This document shows positions 26,797 to 38,700 of a DNA stretch of 64,000 nt, piece by piece. The notes under the pieces are model-generated. The model worked only from the letters and a program-made list of their open reading frames with translations. It was not told the origin of the DNA and did no database searches. How positions within the stretch are numbered: the first letter of the stretch is position 1; the number at the start of each line of letters is the position of its first letter. A program made the translations under genes and the position numbers. Origin of the DNA: Octopus sinensis (taxonomy: Eukaryota); contig NC_043025.1 of NCBI RefSeq assembly GCF_006345805.1, positions 13,206,001 through 13,270,000 on the forward strand, in the 5' to 3' direction.

Positions 26797-27187
26797 GTGG
26801 CGGCGCAATGGCCCAGTGGTTAAGGCAGCGGACTCGCGGTCATAGGATCGCGGTTTCGATTCCCAGACCGGGCGTTGTGAGTGTTTATTGAGCAAAAACA
26901 CCTAAAGCTCCACGAGGCTCCTACAGGGGATGGTGGTGATCCCTGCTGTACTCTTTCACCACAACTTTCTCTCACTCTTACTTCCTGTTTATGTTGTACC
27001 TGTATTTCAAAGGGCCGGCCTTGTCACTCTCTGTGTCACGCTGAATATCCCCGAGAACTACGTTAAGGGTACACGTGTCTGTGGAGTGCTCAGCCACTTA
27101 CACGTTAATTTCACGAGCAGGCTGTTCCGTTGATCGGATCAACCGGAACCCTCGTCGTCGTAACCGACGGAGTGCTTCCACTCCACC
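26797..27187 (+). mobile_element. SINE-B (tRNA-derived head)
   Basis: Head GGCGCAATGGCCCAGTGGTTAAGGCAGCGG...GGTTTCGATTCCC; 12-bp TSD ATTAATTTTACT (26784-95, 27188-99). Confidence 0.85.
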
Positions 27188-27644
27188 ATTAATTTTACTC
27201 GTGCCTCTATCTTAGTAGAAACTGATGGTTAAAGAAATCAAAGGAAATGTTGTCGACAAGCTACGGCAGAAATTGTATTCACCTCAATAGACGTCCTTGA
27301 TTAGTTGAAATTGCCGAAATGCAAGAAATTAAACGAGAAATAGCTTACAAACTACAGAATTTTATCAAGAAGGCCAAGAGAAAAAGATGTTTTATTTGAC
27401 ACATTCTACCAGTATACGAAGTTTAAAAGTGTTTAGTTACAAAGAAATTATTTAAAAAAAATCTGCCGGTCAAAGCGAAAAGATCCTAAATAACAGAGAC
27501 AATTTCATATGACACCGGAAATTATTGTTGTTGACAACGCTCCGGAGAAATTGTATTCACCTCAATAGACGTCATTGATTGGTTGAAATTGCCGAAATGC
27601 AAGAAATTAAAGAGAGTTGAAATTGCCGAAATGCAAGAAATTAA

Positions 27645-28058
27645 AGAGAGTGACAAGGCCGGCCCTTTGAAATGGAAGCACTCCGTCGGTTACGACGATG
27701 AGGGTTCCGGTTGATCCGATCAACGGAACAGCCTGCTCGTGAAATTAACGTGTAAGTGGCTGAGCACTCCACAGACACGTGCACCCTTAACGTAGTTCTC
27801 GGGGATATTCAGCGTGACACAGAGAGTGACAAGGCCGGCCCCTTTGAAATACAGGTACAACAGAAACAGGAAGTAAGAGTGAGAGAAAGTTGTGGTGAAA
27901 GAGTACAGCAGGGATCACCACCATCCCCTGCCGGACCCTCGTGGAGCTTTTAGGTGTTTTCGCTCAATAAACACTCACCACGCCCGGTCTGGGAATCGAA
28001 ACCGCGATCCTACGACCGCGAGTCCGCTGCCCTAACCACTGGGCCATTGCGCCTCCAC
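27645..28058 (-). mobile_element. SINE-B, inverted relative to 26797-27187
   Basis: Near-identical reverse complement; carries the start of a 3' tandem duplication at 27645-27673. Confidence 0.85.
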
Positions 28059-28877
28059 ATTATTCTATTAACGACCACTTGTATTGAATATTACTGGGGG
28101 CGCATCATAGGTGGGGGATGTCGAGAGATAGTACTGCAGGGGGTGAATGGAGAGGGGTCAGGAGAGTTTTGTGCGTCATAAAATGAGGCAATATGGAGGT
28201 AAGATTACAGATAAAGGTAAACATAAAACAAACAAGAAATAAAATACAACAAAATAAGATTCATCTTCTTATCATTCAACCCATTTCTAACTTAAACAGG
28301 CAGAAAACTGTGATTACTGAATTTTATCTAAGCAGTTTTATTTCATATTATACTATACGTCATCATCATCATCGTTTAGCGTCCGTTCTCCATGCCAGCA
28401 TGGGTTGGACGGTTCGACTGGGGATCTGGGAAGCCAGAAGGCTGCACCAGGCTCCAGTCTGATCTGGCAGAGTTTCTACAGGTGGATGCCCTTCCTAAAG
28501 CCAACCACTCCGTGAGTGTAGTGGGTGATTTTTACGTGCCACCGGCACAGGTGCCAGTGGAGGCTGGAAAATGGCCACGGACGGATGGTGCTGTTTACGT
28601 GCCACCGGCACAGGTGCCAGGGGAGGCTGGCAGCGGCCTCGATCGGTTGGTGCTTTTTACGTGCCACTGGCACAGAAGCCACTCAAGGCGGTGCTGGCAT
28701 CGGCCATGTTCGGATGGTGCTTTTTACGTGCCACCACCACAGGTATCACAACTACAATTTCCATTTGATATTTATTTCGATGTTGATGTATTTGACTCAA
28801 TAGGTCTCCTCAAGCACAGCGGGTCACCCTACGATCCAAGGTAAGCACAGCAGGTCGTTCTGCAATCCAGGTACTTT

Positions 28878-28910
<33 letters not shown>

Positions 28911-28936
28911 CCCCAGCCCATCCAAAGTACCTGGAT

Positions 28937-28978
<42 letters not shown>

Positions 28979-31390
28979 AGGCGCAGGAGTGGTTGTGTGG
29001 TAAGTAGCTTGCTTACCAACCACATGGTTCTGGGTTCAGTTCCACTGCGTGGCACCTTGGATAAGTGTCTTCTACTATAGCCTCAGGCCAACCAAAGCCT
29101 TGTGAGTGGATTTGGTAGACGGAAACTGAAAGAAGCCTGTCGTATATATATATATATGTGTGTGTGTATGTTTGTGCGTCTGTGTTTGGGCCCCCAACAT
29201 CGCTTGAAAACTGATGGTGTGTTCATGTCCCTGTAACGTTAGCGGTTCAGCAAAAAGAGACCGATAGAATAAGTACTAGGCTTATAAAGAATAAGTCCTG
29301 GGGTCGATTTGCTCCAGCATGGCCACAAGTAAAAGAGAGGGATATACATACATACATAGATACGCTCACAAACGTCTACACAGCACTTCAACATTGTGAC
29401 CCTCTTATCTGGTTTTATCTTTATTTTATTCCATTTTAATTATTCGTTTATCAGTAATCCTAGTTTATCTCCTGATTTGTGGCACATTTAACAACCCCAA
29501 TCAGAACCCTATTTGTCATTCTGCACCCCCTCCCTGTGTCATTCTCTTGCATATTGTTGTCTCCCACCATTTCTGTGCTTTGATACTTATTGTAAGTAAC
29601 ATTACAGATAATTAAACCCATAGAATTCTGCTTTAAGTACCCCTTATAACCCCTCATAAGTTTTTTACATTTTGGAATTTTCAGAAAATGTTCGCAGATT
29701 TATATTCTATACGGGCACAGGTGTTGCTTTGTGGTAAGAAGCTTGCTTCCCAACCACATGGTTCCTGGTTCAGTCCCACTGCATGGCACCTTAGGCAAGT
29801 GTCTTCTACTATAGCCTTGGGCCGACCAAAGCCTTGTGAGTAGATTTGGTAGGCGGAAACTGAAAGAAGCCCGTCGTATATATGTATGAGTGTGTGTGTA
29901 TATATATACGTTATAAAAATAGGGTTCAGTAAAATAATTTACTTTACCACACACGGAACATTTTAGAAATAACAGCCAAAAATTTTAGCTATTTCTTCTA
30001 CTGTAAGAAAAATCTCCCAGACAATGCATACTCAAAAATAACTCCCAGTTATAATTCTCTCTCCCTGAAATATATATATATATATATATATATAAACGTG
30101 GGATTCCATAAAAAATCAATATATAGGCGCAGGAGTGGCTGTGTGGTAAATAGCTTGCTTACCAACCACATGGTCCCGGGTTCAGTCCCACTGCGTAACA
30201 CCTTGGGCAAGTGTCTTCTGCTATAGCCCCGGGCCGACCAATGCCTTGTGAGTGGATTTAGTAGACGGAAACTGAAAGAAGCCCGTCGTGTATATGTATA
30301 TATACGTGTGTATGTGTGTGTGTGTGTATGTTTGTGTGTCTGTGGTTGTTCCCCCAACATCGCTTGACAACCGATGCTGGTGTGTTTACGTCCCCGTTCG
30401 GCAACAGAGACCGATAGAATAAGTACTAGGCTTACAAAGAAGGAGTCCTGGGATCGATTCGTTCGACTAAACTCGGTGCTCCAGCATGGCCGCAGTCAAA
30501 TGACCGAAACAAATAAAAGAATAAAAGAATCATATTCTCCGTATTTTCCCGCATATTTTGAAAAAAATAATTCTGAGAAAAGTTTAAAAAATGAAGAAAT
30601 GAGTGGTGGTGGTGGTGGTGGTGGTGGTGGTGGTGGTGGTGGTAGTGGTGGTGGTGATGGTGGTGGTAATTTCAAAATGCCGATTTTTGCCTTTTTCTTT
30701 CTTTTTTCTTTTTGCAGTGGACTACAAAAGGAAGTCTTGCCATGCCATTTTTGAACATTTTCCACCCTCAGAATCGGATCCTTCACAACCAAAACGTGGG
30801 ATTCCGTAAAATAAAAACATAAAAAAAAAAAAAAAATCAGTAATATCCATTTTACCCGAATTTATGACGGAAAATTCGGATCTTGTGAATTTTCCGAAAG
30901 TCTCCTTCCCACCCCTCAGATTCGTCAGAGCGCATTTTTCTTTTCATATTCGTTTTCCAAACACTTGTTAACACCTCCCCAGGCTGGTTAATTTTTAGTT
31001 TTGTTCCCGGGTGAGGATCTTTATATTGAGCAAAAGCCTTTCTTCGATTAAAAAAACGTTATCAAAACATGATCCGTTTGACTGAGACATTCCACCACTA
31101 TACGAAGTTTTAAGCTGTTTAGTTAAAAAGAAAATTAATTAAAAATTATATATATATATATGTATGTATATATAAATGTAATATGTGACAATTATTCGGT
31201 ATATTATATCGAATAATTGTCACATATTACATTTATATATACATATATACATACATTTGCCTTTTAAGTGCTGTGGTTTTACTGGGATCTCCCTTTTAAG
31301 TAGAAAGAATAGCCATAACTCTTGACTGCTATTTCTAAATTCGGTGTGTGTGGTGAGGCAATTGTTGCTAACCCCTTAATTACTTAGTAT

Positions 31391-31463
<73 letters not shown>

Positions 31464-31716
31464 CTGTAAATGTAATATGTGACAATTATTCGGTAGCCAA
31501 TTGTCACATATTACATATTTACAGATTAATTCCTCTGTTTATATAGTATCGAAGTCTCTTTCATTCTTTTGTTGTCATACCATTTCTATCTATTTATATA
31601 CATACATATATATATATACATACACACACATAATATTATGTATGTATGTATGTATGTATGATGTATATATATATATATTATATATACTATATATATATAT
31701 ATATATATATACTTAT

Positions 31717-31761
<45 letters not shown>

Positions 31762-31763
31762 AG

Positions 31764-31809
<46 letters not shown>

Positions 31810-31884
31810 TATATATAGATATATATATATATTATATATATATAGTAGTATATTATATATATATATATATAGATATATATATAT

Positions 31885-31915
<31 letters not shown>

Positions 31916-31929
31916 AACAGGATAACTGG

Positions 31930-32480
31930 AATGCCATTGCAAAGTTGTTTACTCAATGTAGACAAAAAGCAAAAAACACCTCTGCGCATGCGTACATACA
32001 GTTCCATATCCTCTCTTCCTCTCTCTCTCTCTCTCTCTTTCTTCATTCAAGCGAGTTTCGCCTTCCGCTCTGACACTGGGAACTCCCTCAACTCTTTCAC
32101 TGCCACAGAAACGTCCGCCCGGACACTTCTCCCTCGTCGGCTCTTTTTCTCCTTCCGTTCACCGACCACGTCTGAACCCCCTCAACTCAGATTGCGATCC
32201 ACTCATGTTACCCTGATAAGGCAAGCTTATTTCTTTCCTCTTATTATTATTATTCCTATTAATGTCGTACAGACTTTGGTGTTGATGTGGTGCGGTTAAT
32301 ATTTATTTTATAGGGGCTTGGGTGAAGAATAGCGTCGTCAGTTGGAGAACGGGGAATTCTGCTAAACAGGGTGTCTTTGACTCGGTGCAAAGGGGGGCTT
32401 CGTTCAGTTTAAGGGCTGTTGAAAGGCAGTGGGTCTACTACTGGTGTTTATTGCATTCTCTGCGAAAACCACACACACAC
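31930..32480. promoter_or_regulatory. CpG-enriched putative promoter / 5' UTR exon region of ACAD10
   Basis: Unique CpG-rich island 2-2.5 kb upstream of the ATG exon, which has its own acceptor and so needs an upstream exon. TGCGCATGCGTA (NRF-1-like) at 31983-31994; candidate donor AAG|GCAAGC at 32221. Confidence 0.45.
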
Positions 32481-32965
32481 ACACACACACGTTTGATTTA
32501 TAAGTTAAAATAAAAACAATTTAACCTTAAACTGAAAGATTAGCCAACACATTTTGCAGAGTAGGTATATTCATTATTCACTTATATATATATATATTAT
32601 TCTTTACAAAGAGGGGACAAACAAGGACAGACAAAGGGATTAAGTCGATTACATCGACTCTAGTGTGTAACTTGTACTTAATTTATCGATCCCGAAAGGA
32701 TGAAAGGCAAAGTTGACCTCGGTGGAATTTGAACTCAGAACGTAGCAGCAAACGAAATACCTATTTCTTTACTACCCACAAGGGGCTAAACAAAGAGGGG
32801 ACAAACAAGGACAGAAAAAGGGATTAAGTCGATTATATCGACCCCAGTGCGTAACTGGTACTTAATTTATCGACCTCGAAAGGATGAAAGGCAAAGTCGA
32901 CCTCGGTGGAATTTGAACTTGGAACGTATATATATATATATATATGAATGCATGGTACTACTTAA

Positions 32966-33132
32966 GAAGAGTGGTCCCGGTGCGTGCACTCGCGCTAGCT
33001 AGGCGTGACTAGTCGATCCTTACTTTGCTTTTGTGTTTTATTTACTTTGCTAGGTAGTCGTTGTAGGATCGACTACTCACGACTAGCTATAGCAAGGCGG
33101 ATGCGCGACTACGCGCACCGGGGGCCCCCTTC
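32966..33132. mobile_element. TTAA-flanked foldback MITE, possibly Kolobok-like
   Basis: TTAA|GAAG...CTTC|TTAA with long imperfect internal inverted repeats (cccggtgcg/cgcaccggg, tagtcgatcct/aggatcgacta). Confidence 0.55.
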
Positions 33133-33220
33133 TTAAATAATACCGGCACATTTATTATTCGTTAAGAATAGTATTGATAGTGACTTCGAAGTCTCGTCCT
33201 GCTTAGCCTTCATCAGACTG

Positions 33221-33262
<42 letters not shown>

Positions 33263-33363
33263 TGCGTAAGTGCATACGTACTTGCATACGGACACACCTA
33301 TATATGCAGACATACATACAAAATATACCTGCATAGATACGTAAATATTTGCACACACACATA

Positions 33364-33651
33364 TCTTTATATATAAAAGTCAAGTTGTGTGTCTGTCTCC
33401 TCCGATTTAGATTCCTAACTACTCCCACATTTTGCGGTGCAGTTTAACCAAAACCGGGTATCTTATAGTCGTGATTCATATCGAGCCCTTCTGGGTATTA
33501 GCGCGCGTCTACGATGAGTCTACGATTTAAAAAAAAAATTTACCATCATTTTTTTTCCATTTTTAATGCATTTTTTTTGCTATAACTCTCTAAAAATGCT
33601 TATATAGTTATTTCCCTTACAAACCCGAGCAACGCCGGGCGATACTGCTAG
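33364..33651 (+). mobile_element. Non-autonomous Helitron
   Basis: A|TC start, CTAG|T end, subterminal GC hairpin cccgagcaacgccggg, no TSD. Confidence 0.85.
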
Positions 33652-33840
33652 TATATATATAAAATGATATGAAATGGAGCCATAATAACAGTTGGAAGTG
33701 AACCATTGGTGTTTAAAGTCTTTTAATAAAGACGACTTTAAACATTGTTATTGTTCCATTTCTTATCGTTTTTTTTATACCGTAAATCCTCGAGTATAGT
33801 CCGCCCTTGAATATAATACGCAGGGGAATTTTAGGGAGCT

Positions 33841-34318
33841 CCAGGTCAGTCCTGATCCAGCAGAATTATGATCAAAGACGTTCCAGCTGTGACCATCCTG
33901 TCTTTTATTCAGGCATAGTGTATCTAGGACTATATTATCTAATGTGACCTTCCTTGTTGTTTAGCCCCAGGTCAGTCCTGATACAGGCAGACCTATGATC
34001 AAAGATGTTCCAGCTGTGACCATCTTGTCTTTAAATCAGGCATAGTGTATCTAGGACTACATTATCTAATGTGTCCTTCCTTATTGTTGTTTAGCCCCAG
34101 GTCAGTCCTGATCCAGCAGACCTATGATCAAAGATGTTCCAGCTGTGACCATCCTGTCTTTTATTCAGGCATAGTGTATCTAGGACTACATTATCTAATG
34201 TGTCCTTCCTTGTTGTTGTTTAACCCCAGGTCAGTCCTGATCCAGTAGACCTATGATCAAAGACGTTCCAGCCGTGACCATCCTGTCTTTTATTCAGTCA
34301 TAGTGTATCTAGGACATT
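33841..34318. repeat. ~128-bp tandem repeat, about 3.7 units, of a dispersed repeat
   Basis: ccaggtcagtcctgat... at 33841, 33967, 34097, 34226; monomer fragments at about 37240, 37740, 42435. Confidence 0.9.
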
Positions 34319-34540
34319 ATTTAAGGTGTACAGTTAAGGAGATTTAGCTGCTGTTTCTAGCAGCTCAAATTATCCTCTTAGCTTGTTCACATTGGACAAG
34401 TGATCCTATTGCAGTGCACAGTCCACCTGGCCACTAATAGGTACCATGGGGAGGCACCCTTCATTGCCGTACCCAGTTCACTTATCTGTTTTTGTTTGTT
34501 TTTGTTTTGCAGCCCTTGATCGTTTTCTTCATCAGTCAAC

Positions 34541-34754
34541 ATGTTCCGGGTCAGTCCCTTGAAGCGAGTGTTTGCTCAGGTGTGGAAGCAGGGACATGGG
34601 TCACAGTGTTGCCTGGGGGTAGCTGGGCCCAGGAGGATCCATTCCTGCAGTGTGCTAGGGGCAAAGAACCCATCATCGAAGCACAAAAATATCAGATGTG
34701 TCATATTTGATATGGGTGGGGTTATTCTACCCAACCCCCTTGGAGTTTTCCAGG
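34541..34754 (+). CDS. ACAD10: ACAD10 coding exon 1 (presequence + HAD motif I)
   Basis: Acceptor ttttgcAG at 34511-12, 28-nt UTR, ATG 34541, [10 protein letters not shown]...[19 protein letters not shown], donor G|gtaaga, phase 1. Confidence 0.9.
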
Positions 34755-35715
34755 GTAAGATTCATTTATATAACATTATTCAAAGCCATTTCTCACGTTT
34801 CACTCTCCAGTCAACAGTCATCTCTCATCATTCACTGTTGAATCTCAATGCTAATGATTCAACCTTCATCAATCACTGTTCAGTTATGTTGCTAACAATT
34901 CACCATTCATGCCTCATCCATCATTACTCAGTTACATTGCTAATGATCTATCATTTATCACTTACGAATCACTTCAGTCACATTGCTAATGATTCACCAT
35001 TCATTACTCATGAATCACTTCAGTCACATTGTTAATGATTGACCATTCATTACTCATGAATCACTTTGCTAATGATTCACCATTCATCACATTCACTGCT
35101 AATCACACATTACTCTCTAACTCATTCATCACATATGACCCAATCATCTCTCACCACTCACCAGTCTTCATCATTCATCACTCATCAGTCAGAACTTACT
35201 GTACACCAATAACCATGCATCACTCATTATTCATCACATCATAATTCATTAGTCACCATTAGTCTTTCAGTGGCAAGTGAAATCTCTTTGACTGAAATTT
35301 ATGTAAAATGTAAGCTTTGATAACCTTTAAGTGAAATTTGACCTTTCATGACCTTTTCGTTAAATAAGAAAATCCTGAATGAGCCTTTATTTTCTTTCTA
35401 GAATTTGAAGTAAGCAATAACTTGCCCGAAGGGACCCTGCTTAGTGTCATCAAAGATCGAGGAGATAAAGGGGCCTGGGCCTTGTTGGAGAAAGGGGCAT
35501 ACACGTCGTCCGAGTTTGTGGAACATTTTGGCCAAGAGTGTTCGGAAAAGGTCAGAGTTCATCTTGTTTTGTTTACCGATGGCATTAGCATTTAGGGAAG
35601 TGACCAGAGATAGGGGTGGAAGAGGAGGAGGTGGGGTGGGGACGTGAAAGTCAGTTGTCTTGGTCCCTGTATTTGTTTGGTACTTTGTTGACCCTAAAGT
35701 GGTGAACGGCATTGG

Positions 35716-35758
<43 letters not shown>

Positions 35759-38700
35759 TGGTTTCAAATTTAACCACAAGGGCAGCCATTTTGGGGGAGG
35801 GGGATGTGTCGATTATATTGACCCCAGGGTCCAACTGGTACTTAATTTATCGACCTCAAAAGGATGAAAGGCGAAGCTGACCCCAGCAGAATTTGAACTC
35901 AGAATGTAGCGGCAGTTGAAATACCACCAAACATTTCAGCCACTGTGCTAAAGATTCTGCCAGTTTGCCATAATAATCATAATAAATGCCCTGATGCAGT
36001 ACCAGGCAGTAGCTCTCGTGGCTTCAGATCTTAACTGATTGGAAGTGTTATCATGTACATTGTTTTGTCTTGGTATAAAAGATGGGCTACAGCAAATATT
36101 CTGCTCAATACCACAGATTTGCTTATCAGTTGTTTGACCATAACCAGTTGAGCATGTCCCTTGGTGGCTGACGATATGTGCATCTCTGACCACGAACAGA
36201 AGTAGTGCGGGAGCATCATAGCCATGTGCTGAGAGGGATTCTTTGGGTTTGGATAATTCACCTCTGGAAACATGGGTGGTTCGTTCAACATCCTTAAACA
36301 ACCCTTATTCAGGGACCTTTTGAGCGGGATGGGCTACTCGACCAGAAGAAAATTCTAACTCGGCCCCACTTGTAAGGTCATGTGCTGTTTATCTTGATGT
36401 GAGATCACCATGTCACGCACATATGGTTGTGATGCATGTGCCTGGTGTACCCTTATCAGACGGGTTGTCATGATGGGTATACTGGGCTTCGTATATTTTA
36501 CCCCAGTGTCACTTTGATGACATGCGCTGCTCTCTCACTCAATAATAATAATAATAATAATAATAATCATCATCATTTAACGTCCGTTCTCCATGCTAGC
36601 ATGGGTTGGACGGTTCGACTGGGGTCTGGGAAGCCAGAAGGCTGCACCAGGTTCCAATCTGATCTGGCAGTGTTTCTACAGCTGGATGCCCTTCCTAACG
36701 CCAACCACTCCGTGAGTGTAGTGAGTGCTTTTTACATGCCACAATAATAATAATAAGAAGAACAGCAATAATAATAATAATAATAATAATAGTAATGTCT
36801 TCATCCTTTGCAATTAATATTATTTATGTTTCCTTTAGGTTGGTTACAATGTAAACGTGTCGGATCTCTTACCAAAGTTCCATTATAATCCGTCAGTGAA
36901 ACCTCATCCGCAGATTATTGATCTGATCCAGTGTGTCCGAGCGGAGGGATTCCTCACAGCTTTACTGACCAACAACTGGTTGATACACCCAACACACTCG
37001 TTCCTTCCCCTCGATCGCAGCCTCTTTGATGTTGTAAGTTTCTCTCTCTCTCTCTCTCTTTCTCTCCTCCCCATCACAACAATACAGAGTGTCCAGCACC
37101 CATTCTCAATGTCCGATATTAGTGTAACAAACAGGGTTCTTCTTAAATGCTGGGCAAGCACTAAACACGAAAATAGGAAGAAAAATTGTGAAAACGCACA
37201 GAGTGAAACCACTGGTAGCAGTTTCATAGCTGTTTAGCCCCCAGATCAGCCCTGGTGTAGCTGCGTGATTATAAGATGCTCCAGCTGTGTCTCTCTCATT
37301 ATTTATTTACTCTTTCACTCTTTTATTTGTTTCAGTCATTTGACTGTGGCCATGCTGGAGCACCGCCTTTCGTCGAGCAAATCGACCCCCAGGACTTATT
37401 CTTTGGAAGCCTAGTACTTATTCTATCAGTCTCTGTTGGCGAGCTGCTAAGTTACGGGGACGTAAACACACCAGCATTGGTTGTCAAGCGATGCGAGGGG
37501 GACAAACAAAGACACACAAACATACACACACACACATACATATTTATACACACACACACATATATATATATATATACGACAGGCTTCTTTCAGTTTCCGT
37601 CTACCAAATCCACTCACAAGGCATTGGTCGACCCGGGTGCCATGCAGTGGGACTGAACCTGGAACCATGTGGTTGGTAAGCAAGCTACTTACCACACAGC
37701 CACTTCTGTGCCTAGGGTTCCATTTACTAATATGTCTTTCCAAGTCAGTCCTGATCCATTTGACTTAGGACCAAAGACGTTCCATTTGTGACCATCCTGT
37801 CTCTTTGGAATTGTAGTTGTTCCCTCTATCAATCCTGATCCAGCTGACCTATGACTAGACATTCCATCCATGACCATCCAGTGTGTAGTCCTTCGTCATA
37901 ATATCACAATTTACTGATGAAATTCTGCTTTGCTGTCCCAGATTATTGAGTCTGCTGTCGTGAAATGTCGGAAGCCAGACCCCAGAATATATGAAATATG
38001 CCTTAAACAACTGAGAATGAACCCTCAACAGGCTGTGTTCCTTGATGATATTGGGATCAACCTTAAGTCGGCCAAACAACTTGGGATCGACACTATTAAG
38101 GTAAGTTGCTAACCTGTACTCTCCAGTACTTCACCGTACTCTATTGTATTTTAGTGTACAGGTCTTTGCAAGCAGAGTTTAGTGTCTAAAGAAGGAAAAG
38201 GTACGCATAAGGGGCGTAGCCAGTCCACTTATGCCTACCTTTTCCTACTTTGGACATTAACCCTTTAGTGTTTAACCCTTTAGTATTTAAACCAGCCATA
38301 TCCGGCCAAAATATTTAATCTGTTTTATGTTCAAACTGACCAGATCCAAGCTCTCACACCTACCCTACAATGTTATTCTACATCAAGTAATTACACCATC
38401 AAGATCTTGAAGATATGAGATAATGCATGATTAATTCAAATCAATGTGAATCAATAAGCATTATGTTTGATAGAATAATCTGAACACTAAAGGGTTAAAC
38501 CGGCTATATCCGGCCCGAATATTCTACTCATTTTATGCTCAAACTGGCCAGAACCAGTATCTCACACCTACCCTGCAATGTCATTCTAAAAGTAAACAAT
38601 TACATCTTTCAAATTTTGAAACTACGAGATAATATCAGATAAATTTTTTTAATTGTAAATGAATAAGGATTACTTAAGACATATTAATTTGAACGCTAAA

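Noticed and set aside
26797-26875. tRNA-like sequence (also 27980-28058, 48984-49060, and SINE-A/C heads)
   Set aside because: No proper acceptor-stem closure or T-run terminator; continues into a SINE body with TSDs, so it is a SINE head, not a tRNA gene
32050-32207. 52-aa minus-strand ORF MSGSQSELRG... in the promoter island
   Set aside because: No homology recognised and no splice support; expected by chance in GC-rich sequence
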